DNA of 63,676 nucleotides, the filler included, from Patellaria atrata CBS 101060 (lineage: Eukaryota), in NCBI GenBank assembly GCA_010093705.1. It is 17 parts of 17 records of this genome, joined end to end, with 100 filler letters (N's around TTAATTAATTAA, not from the genome) between each part and the next. Parts side by side here need not be neighbours in the genome. Positions count along the whole stretch, not along the records: positions 60,559 to 63,676 come from MU006171.1; 16 more parts are not named here. The stretch is one strand, 5' to 3'. Below are positions 63,501-63,676 of the stretch, piece by piece. Position numbers and translations under genes: made by a program. How positions within the stretch are numbered: the stretch's first letter is position 1; every line of letters starts with the position of its first letter. Under the pieces are notes generated by a model. The model ran no database searches, was not told the origin of the DNA, and saw only the letters and a list, made by a program, of their open reading frames with translations.

Positions 63501-63676
63501 GACAGATGGGCGACACGTCTATTATATACCCAAGCAAAAGAAACAAACTCTTGGGACAAGAGTTGAGAAGGGGGAGGATAGTGTTACGGCCACAAGTTGT
63601 AGGAACATGCAGACAACGAGTGAGGGGAAGGAAGGAACACCACTCGGGAGAACTGCGGGTGAAACGAGTGATAGAG
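60559..63676 (+). mobile_element. Ty3/Gypsy chromovirus, copy 2 (partial, nearly intact)
   Basis: [13 protein letters not shown]...YLDD, RNase H, HHCC, DDE integrase, chromodomain. Only two stops (62308-62310, 62599-62601). PPT 63565-63581, LTR starts TGTTAC at 63582. Confidence 0.97.
62918..63466 (-). CDS. Retrotransposon-encoded antisense Zn(II)2Cys6 + coiled-coil protein (182 aa), intact
   Basis: MPKAEPRPVRRRRY...CSACRRFSRSCIVDIPSGFCSECLARGSKC (C-x2-C-x6-C-x8-C-x2-C-x6-C), heptad region, acidic/aromatic tail. TATATAA about 56 nt upstream. Conserved in copy 1. Confidence 0.85.
   Translation of the reverse strand: MPKAEPRPVRRRRYAARVALHGRPMPTPCSACRRFSRSCIVDIPSGFCSECLARGSKCDLVVTQKDWDKLDALKARTRSELAAAEDEQESLQARVRRLRNQLRSLEEKEFEMSRRELGSIEELEALERAAEGQRASSVAPPSSAVVSPSGWSGLDFSALEGLEFPGFGDETVQVSDRSSSSA

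Overview
Filamentous ascomycete (Pezizomycotina-type) DNA with short GT-AG introns. The window is not one locus. It is 17 short contigs joined by artificial 100-nt spacers (N44-TTAATTAATTAA-N44), and the complete contigs shrink monotonically from 4163 to 3242 bp, so adjacency across gaps carries no meaning. It contains about 25 housekeeping or accessory genes, some truncated: ISY1, aquaporin, SEC61-beta, MDM31, PNO1, CCDC137-like, AIM6-like, an MFS efflux pump, FAR-17a/AIG1, SYLF, a BIM1/X325-like His-brace GPI protein, GCD2, RRP46, PEX4, ECM11-like, two F-box-like proteins, a HET-type protein, TFC7-like, RPS22, LYAR, INSIG and GAP1. It also holds an intronic H/ACA snoRNA (snR44 orthologue), a Fot1/pogo transposon, a RIP-destroyed Copia relic, and two copies of a chromodomain-bearing Ty3/Gypsy element. 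The most striking signal is in both Gypsy copies: an antisense gene between the chromodomain and the polypurine tract encodes a small Zn(II)2Cys6 + coiled-coil + acidic-tail protein. It has its own TATA box, shows synonymous-site divergence in its own frame, and overlaps a pol frame that never stops before the LTR.
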